From an uncultured Alphaproteobacteria bacterium (GTDB lineage: Bacteria > Pseudomonadota > Alphaproteobacteria > Caulobacterales > Caulobacteraceae): 64,000 nucleotides of DNA. This document shows positions 32,682-44,212 of the stretch, one piece after another. The notes under the pieces were generated by a model, which saw only the letters and a program-made list of their open reading frames with translations, was not told the origin of the DNA and searched no databases. Location of the stretch: the NCBI GenBank assembly GCA_963761065.1, contig CAVXFP010000007.1:13209-77208 (forward strand). The letters are read 5' to 3'. The translations under genes and the position numbers were made by a program. Numbering within the stretch: the first letter of the stretch is position 1; every line of letters starts with the position of its first letter.

Positions 32682-33473
32682 GTGCTGGCCGTGGCCAACC
32701 AGAAGGGCGGGGTCGGCAAGACCACCACCGCGATCAACCTCGGCACGGCCCTGGCGGCCGTCGGCGAGAAGGTGCTGCTCCTCGACCTCGACCCCCAGGG
32801 CAACGCCTCCACGGGCCTTGGCGTGCCGCGCCCGAGCGCCGCTCGACCACCTACGACGTGCTCATGGGCGAGAAGACCATCGCGGGAGTCGCCGTGCACA
32901 CCACCGTGCCGGGGCTCGATCTCGCTGCCGGCCGATCCCGACCTGTCGGGCGTGGAGCTGGAGCTCGGCCGGCGACCGGGCCGGTCGTTCAAGCTGCGCG
33001 ACGCCCTGGCGGCGCTGCGCGCGGACAGGGGCCGGAGCGCTACACCTATGTGCTGATCGACTGCCCGCCGTCGCTGAACCTGCTGACCGTCAACGCCATG
33101 GCCGCGGCCGACGCGGTGCTGGTGCCGCTGCAGTGCGAGTTCTTCGCCCTGGAGGGGCTCACGCCAGCTGATGCGGACGGTCGAGCTGGTGCGCGGCAGC
33201 CTGAATCCGCGCCTGGAGATCCAGGGCATCGTGCTGACCATGTACGACCGGCGCAACAGCCTGTCGCGCCAGGTGGCCGAGGACGTGCGCGCCCACTTCG
33301 GCGACAAGGTCTACACCGCCATGATCCCCCGCAACGTGCGCGTCTCGGAGGCGCCCTCCTTCGGCAAGCCGGTGCTGATCTACGATCTGAAGTGCGCCGG
33401 CAGCCGCGCCTATCTGAAGCTGGCGCGCGAGGTGGTGGGCCGCGAGCGCGCCCGCCAGGGCCTGGCCGCCTAG
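32682..33473 (+). pseudogene. parA: chromosome partitioning ATPase ParA, several frame changes (start could be ~32655)
   Basis: [48 protein letters not shown] (ORF 32562..33056), [38 protein letters not shown] (ORF 32858..33835), [15 protein letters not shown]...[21 protein letters not shown] (ORF 33171..33473). Confidence 0.9.
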
Positions 33474-34344
33474 ATGGCCGCGGACGGACGCAGGGGCACT
33501 GGGACGCGGGCTGTCGGCGCTGCTCGGCGAGTCCGAGGGCGGCGGCCCGACGGCGGCGCGGGCGCCCGCGAAAACCCCATCGAGCTGGTCAAGCGCAATC
33601 CCGACCAGCCGCGCAGCCACTTCGACGAGGCGGAGCTGGAGGAACTGGCCGCCTCCATCCGCGGAAGCGGCGTGCTGCAGCCGATCCTGGTGCGGCCGGC
33701 GCCCGAGGCGGCCGGGTTCTTCCAGATCGTCGCGGGCGAGCGGCGCTGGCGCGCGGCCCAGCAGGCGGGCTTGCGGACGATCCCCGCCCTGGTCCGCGAC
33801 CTCGGACGACCAGGAGACCCTGGAAATCGCCATGATCGAGAACGTCCAGCGCACCGACCTCAATCCGCATGGAGGAGGCGGCGGGCTACAGGACCCTGAT
33901 GGATCTGGCCGGCCGCACCCAGGAGATCGTCGCCGACGCGGTGGGCAAGAGCCGCAGCCACGTCGCCAACTCATTGCGATTGCTGACACTTTCCCCGGCC
34001 TCGCAGACCATGGTGATGGCCCGGGCGCTGTCGGCCGGCCATGCCCGCGCCTGATCGGCGCGCCCCAACGCCGAGGCCCTGGCGCGCCGGATCGTCGAAC
34101 AGGGGCTGAACGTGCGCGAGGCCGAGGCGCTGGTCCGCCGCGAGGCCAAGGCCGGCCAGGGCCGCGCCGCCTCCGCTCCGCGCGCCAAGGACGCCGACAC
34201 CCTGGCGCTCGAAGCGCGACCTGTCCGAGGCGCTCGGCCTGACCGTGGAGATCGCCGACAAGGGCGGCGCCGGCGAGATCGCGCATCCGCTACGCCGCCC
34301 TGGAGCAGCTGGAAGACGTCTGCCGCCGGCTGATGAAGGTCTAG
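33474..34344 (+). pseudogene. parB: chromosome partitioning protein ParB, several frame changes
   Basis: ATG directly after the par[38 protein letters not shown]...[16 protein letters not shown] (ORF 33474..33899), [27 protein letters not shown]...EIVADAVGKSRSHVANSLRLL (ORF 33869..34054). The C-terminus ...IRYAALEQLEDVCRRLM is in a further frame. Confidence 0.9.
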
Positions 34345-34351
34345 AGCGGCC

Positions 34352-35413
34352 CTAGAGTCCCAGCCGCCGCGCGCGGGCCGCGATGGTCAGGGCCAGGCGC
34401 TCGGCGATCAGGTCGTCGGGCGAGCCGGCGCGCTTGCAGGCGCGGTCGGCCTCCAGAACTTCAGGCTGGGCGACGTCCAGCGCCTCCAGCGTCCAGGCGC
34501 GGGCCTGGCGCAGGAACTCGCGCTCGCTCTTCCAGAAAACGCCCGCGGCCTTGGCCGCTTCCGGCAAGCCCGCGCCGGCGCCGGTGCAGCGATCAGGACC
34601 TGGCGCAGGCGGCCAGGTGTGGCCCAGCGGCGCGCACGGCCGCGGGGCCGCTCTGCGCCCTCCGCCCGGGCGCGGCGCAAGGGCGGCCTGGGCCGCGGCC
34701 AGCCGGCCGCCGAAGGCGTGGACCGCGGCGTCGGCGAGGGAGGCCTCGGGCTCCACGCCCAGGAAGCCTTCCAGATCGGCCGGCCTGGCCGTGGTCGCCG
34801 CTGCCGGGGCCGAGGAACAGGATCAGCCGCTCGATCTCCTGGCGGGCGACGCCGCGTTCGCGCGGCAGGCGCTCGACGAACATCTGCGAGCGCCTCGGTG
34901 GTCAGGCACACCTGTTCGGCGGCCAGGGTCTCGCGGGCCATGCGGGCGACGTCGCCGGGCTCGTCCTCGTAGCAGGGGATGGCCACCGCGCCGGCCTTGG
35001 CGCCTCTCGGCGGCCTTGCGCAGGGCGGAGTCGCGGCCCAGGGCGCCGGCTTCGATCAGGAACAGCGCGTCGGGGTTGAAGGCGCCCGCCGGCGTGGGCC
35101 TTCAGGGCCTCGGCGGCCAGCTTGTCGGGACCCGCCTTGTCGGCCGTCCAGCCGCAGCCGCACCAGCCGCCGCCCGCCCATCATCGACTGGGCCGCAAGC
35201 TCGTCTTGCAGCCGGCCCGCCGTCGGCATCCAGTCCTGTCGGTCGAGCATGGCGACATCGAAGGGGTCGTCGGGCCGCTCGACCACTTGGCGGCCAGGGC
35301 GTTGGCCCGCTCGCGCACCAGGCCCCGGTCGCGGCCGTAGATCAGCGCCGCGCGCAGGTCCGCCGGCGGGGCGTTCAGGAAGCGCTCGATGTCGGCCGCT
35401 TGGAGAGGATCAT
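34352..35413 (-). pseudogene. holA: DNA polymerase III delta subunit, several frame changes
   Basis: MILSKRPDIERFL...AALIYGRD at the 5' end needs a frame shift. PDDPFDVAMLD...LQDELAAQSMMGGRRLVRLR (ORF 35056..35286(-)), CYEDEPGD (ORF 34408..34986(-)), FWKSEREFLRQARAWT...IAERLALTIA (ORF 34352..34756(-)). The position between parB and lptE-leuS fits. Confidence 0.7.
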
Positions 35414-35424
35414 GCGCCGGAAGC

Positions 35425-35952
35425 CTAGCGCGCCTCGCCCCGTTTCGCGAAATAGGACGCCAGGGCGATGCGGATGCGCTGGGCGGCCTCGGCGGCGGCG
35501 CGTTTCTGGCCGTCCTGCTGGGCGACCAGGCCGGCGTAAGGGTCGTTCATGGCGTTGTAGCTGACGCTCACCGGCTCCTGGCCGGCGGTCAGCGTCTTGC
35601 CGCTCTGGAGGTCGATCAGGCTGTAGCTGACCCGACACCGAAAGTTCGTACCAGGTCGCGACCTGTTCGGTCGAAAGTCCCCGGGCGTAGCGGGTCTCGT
35701 CCACCGCCAGGGCCAGGCGGTAGCGCGGCGCCTCGGCGCGGCCCGACGCAAGATCGTCCTTCAGGGCTTCGCCGAGCAGATGGCCGGTGCGCCCTTCGGG
35801 CATGACCACCTCCACGGCCGCCCAGGCGCGGAGCTCACGCCCGGCGTGGCGTACAGCGGCGTGAAGCCGCAGCCGGACAGGCCGACGAGCGCCAGCGCGC
35901 CTGCCGCCACGAGGGCGCCGATCCGGCCGCGATCCGCGCGCCCGCGCCCCAC
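35425..35952 (-). pseudogene. lptE: LPS assembly lipoprotein LptE, 2 frame changes
   Basis: GTG 35952 gives VGRGRADRGRIGALVAAGALALVGLSGCGFTPLY (lipobox) in ORF 35761..36027(-). The middle is in ORF 35375..35815(-). The C-terminus YSLIDLQSGKTL... is in ORF 35425..35751(-). It lies immediately downstream of leuS, as is usual. Confidence 0.7.
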
Positions 35953-35954
35953 GG

Positions 35955-38575
<2,621 letters not shown>

Positions 38576-39043
38576 TCAGCCCCTGCCGGAGATGTTGGAA
38601 AGCCGAAGCTGGCGCGCCCTGGTGAGGATGGCGTTTTCGATGTCGGTCTCGGTCTGGTCGGCGGTCTGCGGCGTCGACCCATTGGCCGGTGGCGTCGCGC
38701 ACCTGCTTGTAGACCGTGACGTTCAGCCCGTCGGCGCGCAGGCGGGTGTCGAGGATGTAGACCGTGGCCTTGAAGCGTTCGTCCGGCTTTTGCGGGTTGG
38801 AATACCAGTCGGTGATGATCACCCCGCCGTAGGGATCGGCCGAGGCCAGGGGCATGAACGCCAGGGTGTCCAGGCTCGCGCGCCACAGATAGCCGTTGAC
38901 GCCGATATTGGCGGGGTTGGAGGCATTGTCCCGCTTGCCGAGGCGCCGACGACCGGCAAGCTGGGCCCGTGCGAGCACGCTCCCAGCGAACCCGCCGTCA
39001 GAACCGCCAATACGGCGATGGAGGCGCTGCGAATCCCGCCCAT
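38576..39043 (-). pseudogene. DUF3576 lipoprotein, 2 frame changes
   Basis: MGGIRSASIAVLAVLTAGSLGAC lipobox (ORF 38819..39043(-)). GVNGYLWRASLDTLAFMPLASADPYGGVIITDWY...ATVYILDTRLRADGLNV (ORF 38220..38978(-)). The C-terminus QTADQTETDIENAILTRARQLRLS is in a third frame and ends at 38576. Confidence 0.75.
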
Positions 39044-39457
39044 ATGTTCCGCTCCAGACTTAAATTCGGCCCGCGCCGCGCCCCCGGCGAAGGCCCGCTC
39101 TATATCATGCGGGCAAAGGCTCCAACTAGTGGATCGCCGCGCCCAGACGGATTTGGCCCATGTTTGTCGCTCGATCCGGCAAATTCAAGGGGTTGCGTCA
39201 CCGTCCCGCGTTCGCCCGGCGGCATCCTGCGCCGTGGAGCGCCTCGCGAGGCAGGAGTCGCGTGTCTCTTGCGGTAACAGGCGCGCATGGATCATCATCA
39301 ACGTGGGAATCGGCCGCTCTCGCTTCGCGCGAATGTTGACCGGAGGGGACAGGCGCCCTTTATCAATAGTCCAATGCTTGACTGCGGCCATCTTGCGGTC
39401 GTCGTTGACGACACAGTGCGATCGACGCACGGGGCACATGGGGATAGCGAACCGAAC

Positions 39458-39857
39458 GTGAAGACACGCCGGCTCATCATTTCCGCGATTTCAGCGGCCG
39501 CGGCCCTCGGGGCGGCGGGCGCTGGCGTGTGCGCGGATGTCGGCCAGTCCACCTTCACCGCCCGGGACGCCTTTGCGCCGGATCTCAATCAATGGGGTCC
39601 GCAGGTCGGCGCGGCGCAGCCTGCAGTGGGACGCCAAGAAGGGCCACTGGGGCCTGAAGCTGGACCTCAACCAGGCGGTCGGCCGTCCGCTCAGCTATAC
39701 GGATCGGGATGTTCAGGCGGGAGCCTACTTCAAGGTGACGCCGTCCTTCAGCGTCGGCGGCGCGGTCAGCATCGGCACGGTGCGCAACGACCAGCAGTCG
39801 GTGATCCCGGCGGACAGGCCGCCGCAGGTCCGGCTCGAGACCGCCTTCAAGTTCTGA
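39458..39857 (+). pseudogene. small secreted protein of unknown function, one frame change near 39600
   Basis: GTG 39458 gives VKTRRLIISAISAAAALGAAGAGVCA, a signal peptide (ORF 39287..39943). The rest (LQWDAKKGHWGLKLDLNQ...YFKVTPSFSVGGAVSIG...RLETAFKF) lies in ORF 39537..39857 and ends in an aromatic OMP-like terminus. Confidence 0.5.
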
Positions 39858-40479
39858 TCAAGGCGCCGATCGCCGCCAGACCCGCCGCGCCCGAGCCCAA
39901 GAGCCGAGGCGCGGTTTTCATATTCACGCCCCCCAAGGCATAGACTGGAACCGCCGCCGCCCGCGCCAGGGCGGTGAACCGCGTCGGGCCCAGCGGCCGC
40001 CCAGCGGAGGGGCTTGCGCTCTCGAACGCCGGCGACAGCAGGGCTGCGTCCGCTCCCGCCCGCGCGGCGGCGATCAGGGCCGCCCGGCCATGTGCGGCGA
40101 TGGTGACGATCCAGTCCGGCCGTTGTCGCCGGATCGGCCCGGCGCGATGGGCCAGCCGCTCGGGCAGGTGCACCCCGTCCGCGCCGATAGCGCTGGCCAG
40201 GGCCTCGTCCGCTCCCACCAGCAGCACCAGCCCCCGCGCGTCGGCGATGGCGCGCAGGCGTCGGCCCACGGCGAGGGCGTCCGCCGCCCCGAACGCCCGA
40301 AAGATCAGCCCGCAGCCGCGCGGCAGACGCTCGGCCACACCTGTCGGATCGGGCGTGCGGTGCGGATCGGTGAGAAAAAGCAGCAGCGGCAGGCGCGCCG
40401 GCGACGCCTTGGCCCTTGCGCGCAGACGCCGGGCGGTTCCAAGGAGGGCCTGAACCTCAACGGCCTTCGCGTCCGTCAT
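39847..40479 (-). CDS. thiamine phosphate synthase (ThiE/TenI) family protein
   Basis: The last 210 aa of ORF 39847..40761(-), from MTDAKAVEVQ. LLLFLTDP, LVGADEALASAIGADGVHLPE and VYALGGV are typical of the TMP-TENI family. Confidence 0.7.
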   Translation of the reverse strand: MTDAKAVEVQALLGTARRLRARAKASPARLPLLLFLTDPHRTPDPTGVAERLPRGCGLIFRAFGAADALAVGRRLRAIADARGLVLLVGADEALASAIGADGVHLPERLAHRAGPIRRQRPDWIVTIAAHGRAALIAAARAGADAALLSPAFESASPSAGRPLGPTRFTALARAAAVPVYALGGVNMKTAPRLLGSGAAGLAAIGALIRT

Positions 40480-41167
40480 GCCCGCTCCGAACCCCGATCC
40501 CGCCTTTGATCCAGGCGCCGCCCGCGCCGAGATCCTCGCGCGCATCGCCCACGCCGCCCGGGACGCTGGTCGCGATCCGGCCGACGTCACCCTGGTCGCG
40601 GTGAGCAAAGAGCAGCCTTGGGACCGGGTGCAAGCGGTTCTTGACGCGGGACAGACCGTGTTCGGCGAGAACCGGGTGCAGGAGGCGGCCGGGCGCTGGT
40701 CCGCCCGCCGCGCCGGGTTGGAGCTGCGCCTGATCGGCCCGCTGCAGACCAACAAGGCCAAGGACGCTCTGGACCTGTTCGACGTGATCGAGAGCCTGGA
40801 TCGCGAAAAGCTCGCCCGCGTGCTGGCCGAGGAGATCGCCCGCCGGGGCGCGGCGCCGCGCCTCTACGTCCAGGTGAACACCGGCGAGGAGCCCCAGAAG
40901 GCCGGCGTCGCCCCGCGCGAGGCGGACGCCTTCATCGCCGCCTGCCGCACGACCTACGGCCTCGCCATCGAGGGGCTGATGTGCGTGCCGCCCGCCGACG
41001 AGCCGTCCGCGCCGCACTTCGCCCTGCTGGCCAAGATCGCCGCGCGCAACGGGCTCGCCAAGCTCTCCATGGGCATGAGCGCGGACTTCGAGGTCGCCGT
41101 GCGCCTGGGCGCGACCTCCGTGCGGGTTGGCTCGGCCCTGTTCGGCGCGCGACCGCCGAAAGGCTAG
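40478..41167 (+). CDS. yggS: YggS family pyridoxal-phosphate homeostasis protein
   Basis: Intact 229-aa ORF. LVAVSKEQP (PLP lysine), FGENRVQE, LIGPLQTNKA, LSMGMSADFEVAV..GATSVRVGSALFG. Confidence 0.9.
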   Translation: MPAPNPDPAFDPGAARAEILARIAHAARDAGRDPADVTLVAVSKEQPWDRVQAVLDAGQTVFGENRVQEAAGRWSARRAGLELRLIGPLQTNKAKDALDLFDVIESLDREKLARVLAEEIARRGAAPRLYVQVNTGEEPQKAGVAPREADAFIAACRTTYGLAIEGLMCVPPADEPSAPHFALLAKIAARNGLAKLSMGMSADFEVAVRLGATSVRVGSALFGARPPKG

Positions 41168-41670
41168 GCGCGAACCACCTCAAGCGCGTCGCCCGGCGAG
41201 GCCAGGGCCAGCACCGCTTCCAGGTCCGCCCGGGCCAGGGCGACGCAGCCTTGCGTGGGCGGATAGCCGGGCCGCGCGAGATGCAGGAAGATCGCGGAAC
41301 CCGCGCCCGCGATGGGCGGATCGTCGTTGTGGCCCAGCACCACTACCAGGTCGTAGATCCCGTCCTCCCGCCACATCCGCTCGGCGCTGGCGGGGTAGGG
41401 CAGCTTGACGGGCCGGTTGTAGGCGCTGTCGGCGGGATCGTCGCACCAGCCGTCGTCCGGGGCGATGGGCTCCATGGCCAGCGCGGTTCGAGGCGACGAG
41501 CCCCGGTCTGGCCGGAACAGCACCCGCCGCAGCGGCCAGACGCCCAACGGCGTCGCCCCGTCGCCCTCGCGCTTTTTCGCCGCCTCCACGACGCCGGCCG
41601 GCCCCAGGGCGCAGCGCACCGTCCGCTCGCCGATCTGAAAGCGTCCGTCCGAGCCGGCGCGGAAGATCAT
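41164..41670 (-). CDS. L,D-transpeptidase (YkuD) family protein
   Basis: Intact 168-aa ORF. AIFLHLARPGYPPTQGCVAL is the His...Gly-Cys catalytic motif. Confidence 0.8.
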   Translation of the reverse strand: MIFRAGSDGRFQIGERTVRCALGPAGVVEAAKKREGDGATPLGVWPLRRVLFRPDRGSSPRTALAMEPIAPDDGWCDDPADSAYNRPVKLPYPASAERMWREDGIYDLVVVLGHNDDPPIAGAGSAIFLHLARPGYPPTQGCVALARADLEAVLALASPGDALEVVRA

Positions 41671-41736
41671 GCCCGTCCTCCGATCTTGCGGACGATCCTA
41701 TTGGATCGAGTCGCGGGGCGGTGCATCTTCCGCCCG

Positions 41737-42423
41737 ATGGCGCAGCACAAGACCATCCTGATCATCGACGACGATGTCGAGCTCCGTGAAGCCCTGGCCG
41801 AACAGCTGGAGCTGCATGAGGAGTTCAAGACCGCCCAGGCTGGAACGGGCGGCGAGGGCCTGCGCCTCGGGCGTGAACTGAAGCCGGACCTGATCCTTCT
41901 GGATGTGGACCTGCCCGATCTGGACGGGCGCGAGACCTGCCGGATGCTGCGCAAGGCGGGCGTCGCGGCGCCGGTGATCATGCTCACCGCGGCGGTTGCG
42001 GATTCCGACACCATCCTGGGGCTGGAGGCGGGCGCCAACGCCTATGTGACCAAGCCCTTCAAGTTCGGGGTGTTGCTCGCCCACATCCGCGCCCAGCTGC
42101 GCAGCCACGAGCAGTCCGAGGACGCCATCTTCCGCATCGGGCCCTACGAATTCCGCCCCGCGGCCAAGCTGCTGACCGACGAGCGCCAGAAGAAGATCCG
42201 TCTCACCGAGAAGGAGACGAACATCCTGAAGTACCTCTATCGCGCCGGCGGCAAGCCGGTCTCGCGCGAGGAGCTCTTGGCCGAAGTGTGGGGCTACAAC
42301 GCCGGCGTCACCACCCACACGCTGGAAACCCACGTCTATCGCCTGCGCCAGAAGGTGGAGCCGGACCCCAAGACCGCCCAGATCCTGCTCACCGAGCAGG
42401 GCGGCTATCGGCTGCAGCCCTAG
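41737..42423 (+). CDS. OmpR/PhoB-family response regulator (CenR-like by recollection)
   Basis: 228-aa MAQHKTILIIDDDVELREAL...LLDVDLPDLDG...TKPF receiver domain plus a winged-helix domain (LTEKETNILKYLYRAG...THTLETHVYRLRQK). It is the distal part of ORF 40981..42423. Confidence 0.85.
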   Translation: MAQHKTILIIDDDVELREALAEQLELHEEFKTAQAGTGGEGLRLGRELKPDLILLDVDLPDLDGRETCRMLRKAGVAAPVIMLTAAVADSDTILGLEAGANAYVTKPFKFGVLLAHIRAQLRSHEQSEDAIFRIGPYEFRPAAKLLTDERQKKIRLTEKETNILKYLYRAGGKPVSREELLAEVWGYNAGVTTHTLETHVYRLRQKVEPDPKTAQILLTEQGGYRLQP

Positions 42424-43228
42424 AGGTTCAGGTCCGCGCTGACCGGAGCATGGTCCGACGGCCGCTCCCAGGCGCGCACATCCTCATGCACGCGGGCGGC
42501 GGGCCCGTCCGCCTGGGTGACGGCGCCCTTCAAGCCCGGGCTCGCCCACAGGTGATCGAGCCTGAGGCCCCGGCCGGAGGCGCGGAAGTCCGCCGCGCGA
42601 TAGCTCCACCAGGAGAACAGCTTCTGGGGCTCGGGAATCGCCTCGCGCACCAGGTCGATGAAGCCCAGCGACGCCTGCAGCCGCGCCATGGCCTCGATCT
42701 CCGCCGGCGTGTGGCTGACCACCTTCGGACATGTGCTTGTGGTTCCACACGTCGTTCTCCGACGGCGCGACGTTCAGGTCCCCGGCGATCACCAGGGGCG
42801 CCTTGGGATCGCGCGCCGCCATCAGGGCGGTGAGCCGCTCGAAGAAATCGAGCTTGTGGTCGAATTTCGGATTGATCTGCACGGTCCGGCTCGTCGCCGC
42901 CGGCGGGGATGTAGAAGTTGTGCAGCTCGATCCCCGCCACCGTCGCGGACACCGCCCGCGCGTGGCCCTCGCGGCAGACGTCGAGCTTGGGGGCGTCGTC
43001 CAGCGGCAGGCGCGAGGCGATGGCGACCCCGTGCCAGCCCTTCTGGCCGGCGATCTTCAGGTGCGGCAGGCCCATCTCGACGAAGGCGGCGGCGGGGAAC
43101 TCGCCCTCGCGGCACTTGATCTCCTGCAGGCAGATCACGTCCGGCGCCTGTTCGCCCACGAACCGGGCCACCTGTTCGGCGCGCAGGCGGACCGAGTTGA
43201 CGTTCCAGGTGCACAGGCGAAGACGCAT
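42420..43228 (-). pseudogene. xthA: exodeoxyribonuclease III, 2 frame changes
   Basis: MRLRLCTWNVNSVRLR...DVICLQEIK...IELHNFYIPAGG (ORF 42530..43381(-)), PLVIAGDLNVAPSENDVWN (ORF 42484..42882(-)), FSWWSYRA...GLRLDHLWASP...PSDHAPVSADL (ORF 42420..42722(-)). Confidence 0.9.
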
Positions 43229-43240
43229 CGGAAGCCTATA

Positions 43241-43360
43241 GCAAAGAAAACGCCCGACCGGCTCAGCCGATCGGGCGTAAAAAGTTGTCTCTAATGCCGC
43301 CGCCGGGAGGGGATAGGGTCCGGCACAGCTAGCGTGAGAACGCACGTTCCCGTCCGCTAT
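43241..43360 (-). ncRNA. candidate small RNA or xthA leader (promoter, two hairpins, intrinsic terminator); no family recognised
   Basis: There is no ATG-initiated ORF on this strand. A sigma70-like promoter lies upstream, and a GC-rich terminator plus U-tract lies at the 3' end. An internal stem GCCGG/CCGGC exposes the loop ACCCUAUCCCCUC. See findings. Confidence 0.35.
43250..43278 (-). terminator. intrinsic terminator: 12-bp stem (one mismatch), 5-nt loop, then UUUUCUUUGC
   Basis: Minus strand ACGCCCGATCGG-CTGAG-CCGGTCGGGCGT followed by TTTTCTTTGC (43249-43240). It sits ~160 nt after lolA and ~12 nt before the xthA ATG. Confidence 0.65.
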
Positions 43361-43366
43361 GTGCCA

Positions 43367-43395
43367 ATAATGCCACGACACGAATAAAAAGTCAA
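43367..43395 (-). promoter_or_regulatory. sigma70-like promoter TTGACT-N17-CATTAT
   Basis: Minus strand: -35 at 43395-43390 and -10 at 43372-43367, with exactly 17 nt of spacing. It sits in a locally AT-rich patch. Confidence 0.4.
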
Positions 43396-43438
43396 GCGCC
43401 TAACGACAAGGCCTTGCTTGTTGCACAGATGTCACAAA

Positions 43439-44098
43439 TCAGCGGATCGCCGGGGCCAGCCGGGTGTCGCGCAGCACGAACAGCGACGGGTCGAGACCGC
43501 TGACGGCGTGCAAATTTTCCAGCCGCACACGGGTGCGCCCGCCTTCGGGATCGACCACCGTCCAGCCGAGCAACGCCATGGGGGCGTCGGCGAAGTCCAG
43601 GATCAAGGTTCCCTGCGCCTCGCGGCGGCTGTCCTTGGCGGTAATGGAAAAGCCGCCGGCGCGCCGGTCGACGCGGACGACCTCCACGCCCTGGTCCAGA
43701 CGCACGTGGCGGGCAAGGAACAGCGCCAAAGCGGTGGAACGCAGGGGATAGTTCTCGAAGGTCTTCAGCCTGCGGTCCTGAACCAGAACCTGCGAGCCGT
43801 CCGAGACGATGAGCTGATAGGAGGGCTTGTCGTAGTCGAACCGCGCCTTGCCCGGCCGCTTCAGATAGATGTCGCCGGCGCTCACCCGGCCGCGCGGGTC
43901 GATCTGGGTGAACCGCGCCCGCGCCTCGGTGAGCCCTTCCAGATACGCGGCGGCGCGGTCCACCAACGCCTTGTCGGCCGCGGCCAGCGGCGGAGGCGGC
44001 GCCGGCGCGGCGGCCGGCAGTGGCTGGGCGTTCGCCGTCAGCGGGACAACGGCTAGCACGGCGACCGTCGCGAGGGCCGAAAGCAGGGGGCGGATCAT
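43439..44098 (-). CDS. lolA: outer-membrane lipoprotein carrier protein LolA family
   Basis: Intact 219-aa ORF. Signal peptide MIRPLLSALATVAVLAVVPLTANA. ARFTQIDPRGRVSAGDIYLKRPGKARFDY is the LolA pattern. Confidence 0.8.
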   Translation of the reverse strand: MIRPLLSALATVAVLAVVPLTANAQPLPAAAPAPPPPLAAADKALVDRAAAYLEGLTEARARFTQIDPRGRVSAGDIYLKRPGKARFDYDKPSYQLIVSDGSQVLVQDRRLKTFENYPLRSTALALFLARHVRLDQGVEVVRVDRRAGGFSITAKDSRREAQGTLILDFADAPMALLGWTVVDPEGGRTRVRLENLHAVSGLDPSLFVLRDTRLAPAIR

Positions 44099-44212
44099 CG
44101 GCGGCGGGGCCTTCCTTCAAACCGGGCTGCAACCATGCCCGCCCAGCATGGCGGCTTCGCGGCGGCCCGCAAGGATCGGCGCGGACCAGGCGAGTCGCGG
44201 CTCCGCCCGGGC

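Noticed and set aside
35443-35452. Palindrome TTTCGCGAAA that superficially resembles parS half-sites.
   Set aside because: The centre is 4 nt shorter than parS. It lies inside the lptE coding region and is most likely a chance palindrome.
39100-39439. Small ORFs 39100..39288(-) and 39185..39439(-) in the long intergenic region.
   Set aside because: They have no start context, no homology and a composition typical of non-coding frames.
43228-43381. The long N-terminal extension of xthA suggested by ORF 42530..43381(-).
   Set aside because: The ExoIII homology begins at MRLRLCTWNVNS (ATG 43228). The upstream 51 codons run through a terminator hairpin and a promoter-like element and have no homology.
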